From positions 1,674,001 through 1,738,000 of the forward strand of contig CATNEN010000009.1 of the NCBI GenBank assembly GCA_950097015.1: a DNA stretch of 64,000 nucleotides. The letters are read 5' to 3'. The notes beneath the pieces were generated by a model. It worked only from the letters and a program-made list of their open reading frames with translations. It made no database searches and was not told the DNA's origin. How positions within the stretch are numbered: the first letter of the stretch is position 1; every line of letters begins with the position of its first letter. Positions 21,984-33,500 of the stretch are shown here, in pieces. Origin of the DNA: Macrostomum hystrix. Its lineage: Eukaryota > Animalia > Platyhelminthes. The position numbers were made by a program, and so were the translations under genes.

Positions 21984-24685
21984 TGTGGGAATGCTGGGAC
22001 ACCTTGGCTCAGGCAGACAGGCCGACTAAACAGTCAGGCTGGAGTGGCAGGTGGGCTAATTAATTTCATTGAGATGTAGTCTTATTCGAGAAATAAACCA
22101 TTCTCTGCTATTTTGTTTGCTGGTCATGCTTTAATTACTTATTATTGGTGAATTGGTGCTATTATGGATTAAGTAAAATTCCAATTAGCTCAAGTCAACA
22201 GCAAAATGCTGAAAAACTGTAGGAGCTGATTGAAACAAGATTAAACTGAAACTTATTTGAAAATGCGGCAGACTGCCAAAAGGAGGAATCAGAGTCAACA
22301 ATTTAACTACATAGAAACATGCACTCCTAGTTGTTTAATAGTGAAAAGGGTCTGGTTATGGTATGTGATGCCATGGAAATGTTGTACAAAAGCTACAGAC
22401 ATGCTATCTCTACATCTCCACAATCTGACTCCATGGACATAGATCAATCATCATCTGAACCAGAATGAGGCTTTCTATTTTTTGAGACATAGGCTACCAA
22501 AATGTTTTCAATCTGGGTAGTATTTTTGCAGTCTTTTTGTGGTACTTAATTTTTGTCCCCATTAAAACATACTGTAAATAGTTGTAATGCAGTTATCTGG
22601 TCTGTTGAATACATATTCTAGCCTGCCATATAATCTCTTTTATATATTTTTATATGAAGATCTAACATATAATTTCATCTATAGCTAATCAGATAATAAC
22701 TATGAAATATATGAGGCAGTCCCAAATTTTATTGTATATTTTTAACTTGAATTGTGTTTTATCACCTACCTCAAATTTTTGCTATAAATATAACCGCAAA
22801 CTAGCCCTGGAACTCCAACTGGTGCCCTGTGCCCAGTTCTGTGTTGAATGAAGGAGAATAAGTCTCAAAGTGTTTAAATCGTTCTTATTCAGAGAGAGAG
22901 AGAGAGAGAAAAGTAGGTCTGTGGTTACACACAAGTTGGTGAATATTCAAAATAATAAAGGAGATAATTATCAAAAACAGTATAGTGTAATAACTAAAAG
23001 AGCAGAGGGTAAATCCCAATTGGTGAATAGCACTGTGTGCAAAGTTGGGCAAATTCAGACATTTGGAAGCCTTGAAAGAATAGGAAAAACCCGAAAGCCA
23101 GATAGTATATGAGTAAGTAAGGAGAGGAAGAAGTGTCTTGCCACTCGGACACTCGTGCGAATGCTACCATATTTGGGAAAGAAAGCAGCCTATCTGGCTA
23201 AATTAAGCAATATATATACATATGAAGTAAGAAAAGTACATAGCCAGTCTATGAAGTATAGTTAAGTCATTGACAAAGGGAATTAAGAATTATTTCAAAA
23301 GGGTCAATTTAAGGTGTGATAGAAGTGAGTTTTAATATTAATAAAAGAGCCCTACAACATATACATGTGAATAATTTAAGAAACAATGAGCAGCTAACAG
23401 CTAAAATTACTCAGCTCTTTTTAAAAGGAGAAGCTTAACTTGCCAGTATAGGGTAATGTATCATCAACCGAACAGTGTATCTTCAAAACCGAACAAGAAT
23501 TTTGACTTCTTCCTTGGTCTTATGCAAGACAGAAACAAGCTATTGTGTTTCACAGAACAACTAATTTGAAAGTTGAAGAAATTATCTACAAGCTGAGGCA
23601 TGATGTGCAATGAAGCATTAAGAGGAAAGAAAGATATTGATGTTTCAGTAGAAATTTTTATTGCAAAAGCAAACTTTTTAACAACATTTTTTCAGTATGT
23701 ACTTTAGACTAAGATTGTATGTGGTTGCTTGCCAATTAAATGACCACAAATGTAGTTATTTATAGAGCATGAAAAATGCCTTCAAATGACATAATTCATG
23801 ATAGTTCACTCCTTAAAATAAGATTAAACCACTCACTCTAATTTTAAAACCAAACATCAAATTCTCTGTTTGGTTTGAAGATACATGAAAATCATTGTTC
23901 GGTTTTAGAAAAAAAAGCAGGAATAACTTTTTTCTATTTGATAAAATAGCAAAAGCAGATACTTTTTAGAAAGATGTAACTGTTTTCTATAACTTGGCTT
24001 TTGATTTATCATCATATCTTAAATAGAAAATCTGTAGCTTAGGTTTGAAGTTAAAAAAATACACATTCTTGTTTGGTTGATGATACATTACCCTATTCCT
24101 AATTAGCTATTGCTTATGGTATTAATTTACTAAAGACTAAAAATAGAGCAAACATCATATCATTCTTAACTTTTAAACCCATGAATTCGCCACACACAGA
24201 CCTGACTAGCTAATATAATCACTGCACTAGAGTCTAAACTACAAAAATATTAAACCAAGTAGTTAGGCCTAGCTGTTTTTTCAATATTTAAGATATTCTA
24301 TTCTATTAGTACCTATTCATTCTAGTAATTCAGTATTTTATTATATTCTAGATTATGCTAGCTAGCTAGCAAAGATGAATAGCTAATGATTGCCTGGCCT
24401 AGCAGCTAGCTCATGGTCAGTTCATTTATCATTATAGCTAACCATAGCTCAGTTTGTAAAGAAAAAATGGCATTAGGGGTCTAGGGCCTAACAAAGATAA
24501 TATTAGGCCTATATATTCAGCCCTAGCTATCTATACAATAATTTGCTAGCATAGGCCTACACATTTTACCTTTTGGCAGCAACACAGCAGCCCACTTAAT
24601 AACTGACCTTCTGTATCTCATTAAATTGCTAATAATAATAGGCCTAGTGATAGATTGCAACCTCTTAGGCCTATACAGTACAGTC

Positions 24686-25324
24686 GGCTATGGTGGAGTT
24701 CCGTTCATTATATTATTTTGCAATTTGAAATGACTGCGGACAGGTTAAACAAGTTTTATGACCAACGCAGCAACATTTAAATAACACGAGGACACTCAGA
24801 AAAGTTCATCAGAGGTTCATCAGTTCCTTATCTGTTCATCAAGTTGGATAATAGTGGGACACCCAATACATGAAGTTGACTGGGTATAGACGGCGCCACA
24901 TGTACTCCTGCAGATGTGACTCAAATAGTGCATCCGATGTGCCATGCATCTGTCGCAGCCTGGCCTTGTCTCCACTGCCTCCGATGCGACACTCTTGTCT
25001 GCTGTCCTTCAGCAGCGTCTTCAAGGACCACCAGTAAATGAAGTCCACCAGTCAACCGAAATAATAGTGCTAGTTGATGCACTATTTGAGTCACATCTGC
25101 AGGAGTACATGTGGCGCCGTCTATACCCAGTCAACTTCATGTATTGGGTGTCCCACTATTATCCAACTTGATGAACAGATAAGGAACTGATGAACCTCTG
25201 ATGAACTTTTCTGAGTGTCCTCGTGTTATTTAAATGTTGCTGCGTTGGTCATAAAACTTGTTTAACCTGTCCGCAGTCATTTCAAATTGCAAAATAATAT
25301 AACGAACGGAACTCCACCATAGCC
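24686..25324. mobile_element. Fold-back non-autonomous Merlin (IS1595/ISXO2-like) element
   Basis: 249-bp inverted arms at 24686-24934 and 25076-25324 with 1 mismatch, starting GGCTATGG, and a 9-bp TSD AGTACAGTC (24677-24685 / 25325-25333). Both arms encode a transposase-like C-terminus, (KARLRQMHGTS)DALFESHLQEYMWRR...YP*. Confidence 0.85.
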
Positions 25325-27595
25325 AGTACAGTCTTATACATACATTATACCACTAGTTTATAGTGGTATACTATGAGAATAGTATTACTATAATACTTAT
25401 TAGGCCTAAATTAGCTAGACCGAAAGGCCACACTGAGTGTAAGCCATAGTCAGGAAGCCAAAGTTGCTTTGTTATTAAAACTAGGCCTAGGTCTAGGCCA
25501 CAGTAGACCTAGTTTAATAACCAAGCAAAACTCAGCAATTTAAGAATAACTTTTTTACATAATAAATTGTAGGCCCAGATAAATTGTAAAACGTGTCTCC
25601 CCACATTCCAATTCTAAACTAAAAAGGCCTAGTTCGGCAATATTCTAATTTTGTAGGCCTAATGTGGTCGATGACGACGACGTGGGGCATAGCTCCTAGC
25701 TTTATTGTCAAAAGACAATTAACATCAAATAAAATTTCATGTACTGCGTAAATCCAAAAAGTAAAACCAAAAGACTCTCTAAATATTTTTACACTCGACG
25801 GCATACCGTGGATAAAGCCACTAAACCAGTCTGGATTGGTTTGATATGGTTAAGCAAATTGCCAGTTATATTGATTTTTTCCCCCGCTCCCGATTTAACA
25901 AATAGTGGAATTTACGAGTTTAATTATTAGAAAATATAACAAAAACCCAAACAATAAGGGCGAAAAATGTAAAACATTAACAACAATTTTATTTTAGGAG
26001 ACGTTCAAATTTGACTTAATTTAGGAAAAACGTCGATACACTTCTAACACGATGATTCCAAATAAAATTTTAACTTTGATCAACATTTGCACTTCCGTTT
26101 CCTAGATAGGACTATTCGTCGCAAAATATGTGCTGGCATTGGTAGCACAATATTCTGTTATATTTAACTTTAATACAGTAAAGTTCTTGTTGGGCTACGG
26201 AGTTTATGCTCTGCTTTTTGTGGAGTTGTTGATCGACCTAAGGATCATGCCGATTAACAAGCAAGGTGTGTAACAGTCATGGAAATCCATTTTTATTAAA
26301 GTACTATGGCTTCAGGAACAGTGCAACATGCAGCCATAGAGACAAAAGTATTTGTTTTTTGTTTTTAATTTTTTACCATTAACTTTCTGACAACGAATCT
26401 ACAATTTTTTGTCTGGAATATAATGTCTAGGTTTACATAAACACTGTTATATATATATTGAATGTACTAAAGTGTCGTTTATTAATTATAAACACAATGC
26501 TTTGATGTAATAATAAGTGTCTTTTATAAATTATACATGCCAGAGAATCAAAAACAATTTGCAGCTTACCTGAATTTTTGGACATTGAAATGTTATGCAT
26601 ATGCTGCACTAACTAATTGTTATAACTGATTAATAAAAAGTATATTTATAGTTTGCTTTTAATTTAGTGGCCGAAAACTATTCTTATTCATGCACTTATA
26701 GTCCCGCAAAAACTGCTCACTCAAAACAGTTTTTTGTTCAAAATCGTCTTATAATTTTCTTTTATGGGCGTTCTCAGTTTTTTTTTGTATTATAGCTAAC
26801 CAGAATTCTTTATTTCGTTCGGATTTTAAAATCATTTATAGCTAAGACGGATTTTTAATTAGGATTGACTAGTTATTTAAAGTTACAAATCACAGCTTAA
26901 TTCAGATCTTCTATTTAATTCTAAGAACTTTTTCTAATTAAAATTATGTCACGCCTCACATTTCCGATTTCATTTGAATGTGAGACCACGCTTACCCCAA
27001 GTCTAACTGAAAGCGCACGGAGGTCTGGAGTGGCTTCCCGTTTCCCTGTTCCTTCTGCAGTTCAGCCAACTTCTCACAACTAATGCGGCGCGAGTAAGAA
27101 CTTTTGAGGAATCCGCAGAGCAGAAGAGGCGGCAACCCAGGAAGGGTTGGGATAATCAATTTGATTGACTCGGCGGGCGCCCTGGAATCCGAAAGGCAGG
27201 GCGGATGTGTCTGGCTCGGCGGGCCTTTCATTGCTTTCCCGGGTTATAAAAAAGCCACTTTCACCACCCGGGACGGCCGGAGTCTCCTCCAGTATTCCGG
27301 AGGCGGCTTGCGTGCGTTGTGCCTGCGTGCACTTCTGGCCACGCCTTCCCCTTCCCCCAGATCCCCGCCTTCCCGTCTGAGGCCTCAGCCTTCGAAATGT
27401 GGGCCTCCGTGCAGTGCGGCTTCTTCGTTATTTAGAGCCGGCGCCGGACTCTGGGCTATTGATTTCCAATGGATTAGCTCTTGCGTGAGTAGCGGACTCA
27501 AGTGGGCTCCACTTTTCACAAGCCGGTGGCGCACGGGCCAATCCGCGACCAAAATTTACCAAAGTGCTTCCCAATGTCCCCAACCAATTTTACAG

Positions 27596-30500
27596 ACGCC
27601 ACCAGAGCTCTGGAGCTGCTGGAGCAGTACCAAACCCAGCTGAATGCCACCGAGGACGCCAAGCTGCGCGCCGCCATAGAGCGAGTCATCCGCATCTTCA
27701 AGTCCAAGCTGTTCAACGCTCTGGTTGGTGAGTGCCCGGGCGAACTGTTGCTTTTTTAGCTCATTGGTTTGGTAGGGGAGAGTGGCAGAGTTTTCTAACG
27801 CGTCTCTCGCACCAAGGTCCCTGAGCTCAATTCCACGGCGAGGCCACATTTATTTAGGGCGCAGCCGCGGGGAGAAGGCTTGGGGGCTTGTCGTGCAATT
27901 TACCCCCTTGAGGGCCAACCTCCAAGGCACAGTGAGAGTGTACACTGCCTGACGATAAGAAAGTCAGGGCAGATGAACACACCTGTGTGAGCGTGTGCCT
28001 GCGTACAGTATCTGTGTGCGAGTGGGCTCAGCCGAATGAGCAGAATCTTCTCCTCGCTGGCTGCGGGTCTAGTGTCACCGAATGATCTGCCCCAAAGCCT
28101 CCTGTAGGTATCATTATTAAGACACTTAGTTGCGCAGTGCTTCAGTTCACCAAATCACAGCTGCTTCGTTGAATCTCAACTTTGCATTGAATGCATGCCG
28201 CCAACACACCTCCGCAGAGATCCAGGAGTTCTACGAGGTGACGCTTCTGGACGAGAACAAATCGCTGGAGCAGAAGGCCATGGAGACGCAGCGAGTGGCA
28301 GATCGGTGGGCTGAGACCAACGGACCAACCAAGCAGCCTAAGGTGAGTTTGAGCAGTTTTATAAACTCTGAAGCGCTCTAAAGCGTATAGTAAAAGTGAC
28401 ATTGTAAGGTTAGTTATAACTGTGCATTTTGCACGATTGCGATGTTTAGATGATGGTGCTAGTGTCCTTGTTCCCTGTGAAACATTTTATGGCTTTTCTA
28501 AGCTACAGGCACATGAGGACTTCTCCGTGCCAGATTGCCTCTGTAATGGCGAGTGTACTCAAGATATTTTCTGTGTGGGTCTGTCACTAGTCTTATATTC
28601 TAAAAATGAAATGGTTGGTTGGTTACATGTTCTACTCCCTCGCAATGGTTAGCGGGATCTGCAGCACCACTAAAAGCAACTCAATCTGCAGCTTAAGCAG
28701 CTCTGATTGAGCGAACATCGTCTCCTCTCCTAGAGACAGTCTGGGGATGCGGGGTTGTCGCCGTACTGATTTGCCAGTGGCTAATGGCCTTTGACACCCT
28801 CCCCCCGCTGACTGTCGCTTTGCCTGATTGCCACTGCAGCAAGGGCAAGGGCCGAAAAAATGCATTATGGAGTTATAAAACCTCGTAAAAAGCTTAACCA
28901 AATTGATGTCTGCCTTCGTGGAATAAAAGCCAACAGAAACTTATCAAAAAGCCATATTGACAGCCCCTAATTGAGCAGTTCCTAATTGAGCAGTCCCTAA
29001 TTGAGCAGTCCCTAATTGAGCAGCCCCTAATTGAGCAGCCCCTAATTGAGCAGTCCCTAATTCAGCAGTCCCTAATTCAGCAGTCCCTAATTCAGCAGTC
29101 CCTAATTCAGCAGTCCCTAATTGAGCAGTCCCTAATTCAGCAGTCCCTAATTGAGCAGTCCCTAATGGAGCAGGCCCTAATTCAGCAGTCCCTAATTCAG
29201 CAGTCCCTAATTGAGCAGTCCCTAATTGAGCAGTCCCTAATTGAGCAGTCCCTAATTGAGCAGGCCCTAATTGAGCAGGCCCTAATTGAGCAGTCCCTAA
29301 TTCAGCAGTCCCTAATGGAGCAGGCCCTAATTGAGCAGTCCCTAATGGAGCAGGCCCTAATTGAGCAGGCCCTAATTCAGCAGTCCCTAATTGAGCAGTC
29401 CCTAATGGAGCAGGCCCTAATTCAGCAGTCCCTAATTCAGCAGTCCCTAATTGAGCAGTCCCTAATTGAGCAGTCCCTAATTGAGCAGGCCCTAATTGAG
29501 CAGGCCCTAATTGAGCAGTCCCTAATTCAGCAGTCCCTAATGGAGCAGGCCCTAATTGAGCAGTCCCTAATGGAGCAGGCCCTAATTGAGCAGGCCCTAA
29601 TTCAGCAGTCCCTAATTCAGCAGTCCCTAATTCAGCAGTCCCTAATTCAGCAGTCCCTAATTCAGCAGTCCCTAATTGAGCAGTCCCTAATTGAGCAGTC
29701 CCTAATTGAGCAGCCCCTAATCGAGCAGGCCCTAATTGAGCAGTCCCTAATGGAGCAGGCCCTAATTGAGCAGTCCCTAATCGAGCAGTCCCTAATTGAG
29801 CAGCCCCTAATTGAGCAGTCCCTAATTGAGCAGCCCCTCAATGAGCAGTCCCGCCGTTTGTGCTCAGAAGTCCGCAGAGCTGCAGCAGCCGGAAGCTCCC
29901 GTTTCGACTTCGTCGAGCGCCTTCGAAGTAGTTCTGCACCGCGCCGTCGGCCAGGGCTTCGGCTTCAGCATCGCCGGCGGAGTGGACGAGCCGCACCTGC
30001 CCGGTGATAGCCGCCTGTTCGTCACGAAGGTCGTGCCAGACGGTGTGGCCGGCGCCGACGGTCGTATGCTGGTTGGTGACGTCGTCCTGGCTGTGAACGG
30101 TGTGGACGTCACGGCCGTGTCCCACGAGGCGGCGGTGGCCGCCCTGAAGATGTCCGGCGCGCAGCTCAGCCTGCTCATGCTGCGGCCGCCACCGGGACAG
30201 CCGAAAACCAATGAGAACGCAGCTGCTGCGGTTGCTGAGAATCCCGAGCAGGATGGAGGTAATGTCTGGCTGATCGACATCATGATTCATAAAATACTAA
30301 CAATAGTTGATTACACCTGCCCCAACCGGGCCAGATGTGCAGCCACAGCTATTGCTCTGCGCATCTGAAGGCTGCGTACAGTCCATGGACTGGGAGGGAC
30401 GCCATACACTTCCTCAATACCCCAGCTATCTTAAGTACCCATTTAACAACTGGCTGAACTGGCTGGTGAGATACGTGTCTTGATAAAGGACGCAAATTAG

Positions 30501-33500
30501 TGAATTTCTACTGAAGTCAGGAATCGAACCCCTGACCTTAAAGTCATAATTCAGATGCTCAAACCACTAGGCTACGACCCAATCAACAATAGATTGGACG
30601 ATGACTCACTATAGATTGGATGATGACTCACGATAGAGTAGATGATAACTCACGATAGATTGGATGATGACTCACGATAGAGTGGATGATGACTCTCAAT
30701 AGAGTGGATGATGACTCTCAATAGAGTGGATGATGACTCACGATAGAGTAGATGATAAATCACGATAGATTGGATGATGACTCACGATAGAGTAGATGAT
30801 AACTCACGATAGATTGGATGATGACTCACGATAGAGTAGATGATAACTCACGATAGATTGGATGATGACTCACGATAGAGTGGATGATGACTCTCAATAG
30901 AGTGGATGATGACTCACGATAGAGTAGATGATAAATCACGATAGATTGGATGATGACTCACGATAGAGTAGATGATAACTCACGATAGATTGGATGATGA
31001 CTCACGATAGAGTGGATGATGACTCACAATAGAGTGGATGATGACTCACAATAGAGTGGACGATGACTCACAATAGAGTGGATGATGACTCACGATAGAG
31101 TGGGTGATGACTCACAATAGAGTGGATGATGACTCACAATAGAGTGGGTGATGACTCACAATAGAGTGGGTGATTACTCACAATAGAGTGGATGATTACT
31201 CACAATAGAGTGGATGATGACTCACGATAGAGTGGATGATGACTCACAATAGAGTGGATGATGACTCACGATAGAGTGGATGAGGACTCACAATAGAGTG
31301 GATGATGACTCACAATAGAGTGGATGATGACTCTCAATAGAGTGGACGATGACTCACAATAGAGTGGATGATGACTCACGATAGAGTGGGTGATTACTCA
31401 CAATAGAGTGGGTGATGACTCACAATAGAGTGGATGATGACTCACAATAGAGTGGATGATGACTCACGATAGAGTGGATGATGACTCACAATAGAGTGGA
31501 TGATGACTCACAATAGAGTGGATGATGACTCACAATAGAGTGGATGATGACTCACGATAGAGTGGATGATGACTCACAATAGAGTGGATGATGACTCACG
31601 ATAGAGTGGATGATGACTCACAATAGAGTGGATGATGACTCTCAATAGAGTGGATGATGACTCACAATAGAGTGGGTGATTACTCACAATAGAGTGGGTG
31701 ATGACTCACAATAGAGTGGATGATGACTCACAATAGAGTGGGTGATGACTCACAATAGAGTGGGTGATGACTCTCAGCCTCAGCTAATGCTGGTACCCCA
31801 TTTAACAGTTGGGTGAACAAAAGCAAGGCAGAGTTTAATGTCTTGCTAAATACACAACTTGTTTCAGTTGAGTCTTGAATCGAACCTCCGAGAATCACTT
31901 GTCTAAGCATTTCTATAGAAAGTATTTATTTACTAAAAATCTGTCCTTTGAGCTTCGGAATTTTGACTGAGCTGTCGGGCGTTCGAATCTCAGCCGAAAG
32001 CTTCAGTTCATCAGGTGGGGTGGAAATTTGGGATCCTGTGGCTGTGTCCCAAGTCCGCAGACTGAACAGGCTGTACACAGATTGGGACACGAGATTAAAA
32101 ATTTTGTTCCAGCTGCCGCTGCCGCAGGACCCATTGAGGTGACGCTGGCGAAGACGTCCCGCGGCCTCGGCTTCAGCATCGCCGGCGGCACCGACAATCA
32201 GCACTTGCCGGGCGATGACGCCATCTTCATCACCAAGGTGATCGACGGCGGAGCCGCGCAGCGCGACGGCCGCATCGAGTTCGCCGACCGCCTCATCGCC
32301 GTTGACGGTCGCCCGCTGACCGGCTGCACCCACAAGGAGGCCGTGGCCGCCCTCAAGGCCACCGGCGACCGCGTGCGTCTCACCGTTGTCAAGGCGACGC
32401 CCGAGGAGATCGCGCTGCTCATCGAACTGGACGAGGCCGCCAGAGCCGAGGAGGAGGCCGCAGCTGCCGCTGTGGGTACTGGTAAGCTTCTGAACTCTTA
32501 ATAAGCGATGGCTTCTGGCATTCCAGCTGCTCTTTTTCTGCTTGTCTGCGTGTGGTGGCTTTTCTGGTTACATTTTGAACTGTTTATTCGCTGAAGACAT
32601 TGTTGGTTCCATGCAATGCGTTGCCCAGTTGCAACTGAAAAACCCAAACCTCACTACTTGGCTAGTAACGAGTGAGGATATTTTTCCGATTAGTCTGTCC
32701 ACTCAGCCGCAGAAGCTTGCAGAACTTTCACAGGAAACTTGACTGTTCTGAGAAATCAGCTCGTGCCACAGCTGAGTCAATGCTTGAACTGAGTTGATTC
32801 CAGCTGTCAATCAGACAGGTGAGAGCCTTGGCCAGGGTGGGGTTGACTCTTGAGTAGCGGCAGGGCCTGTTGAGTAGCTACAGACTTTGCTATCTTTATA
32901 TTTACAGTGCCTCTACCTCTGAGCACAGTAGCAGCTCATCACTGCTATACTCAACTATTTTATTACTGAAGCCTTTTGAGTTCATTTTGAGTTGCCAGCC
33001 GCACCTTTCATATATGAATGTGCAATGAGCTTTGTGTCTCTATTGACCAGGTTGTCGTCGTTACCCGTTAGCGGCATTTCATTGACAACAGGAATGCCAG
33101 CTAATAGGCATGGCTCGGTCAGCGGGAGCCGAAGATCCTCGCCTGAAGGCTGGGCTTTGCAGTTTCTTGAATCTTAAAGAATCCTGGATGTACATTTTCA
33201 GTGTACATCTTGAATCAATTTCAGTGTACATCTAGAATGTAAATCTTGAATTGCACATCTCGAATGTACATTTTGAGTTTACATCTTAAGTGTACATCTT
33301 GAATGTACATCTTGAGTCTACATAATGAAAGTACATGTTCTGTAAATATGTTCAGTGTAAATTATTTTGAAGACGTGTTTTGAGGCTCAGCTGCTCCCCT
33401 AACCCAGTGAGTCTCTGAGTTGATCAGTTCTTCAGCAGTATCTTGCACAAGAGTTTCATCTGACAATTATTTTCTTGCTTGCAACCCCCTAATTACGATG

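Noticed and set aside
22100-24660. AT-rich intergenic DNA upstream of AP2M1
   Set aside because: No ORF, repeat or structure could be supported.
29165-30007. 280-aa (EQSLI)n ORF
   Set aside because: It is a minisatellite read-through in a different frame from the PDZ1 exon, with no evidence of coding.
30505-30580. Possible tRNA gene on the minus strand
   Set aside because: It has A and B boxes but no clean cloverleaf or anticodon arm, and is fused to a dispersed-repeat body, so it is treated as a SINE head.
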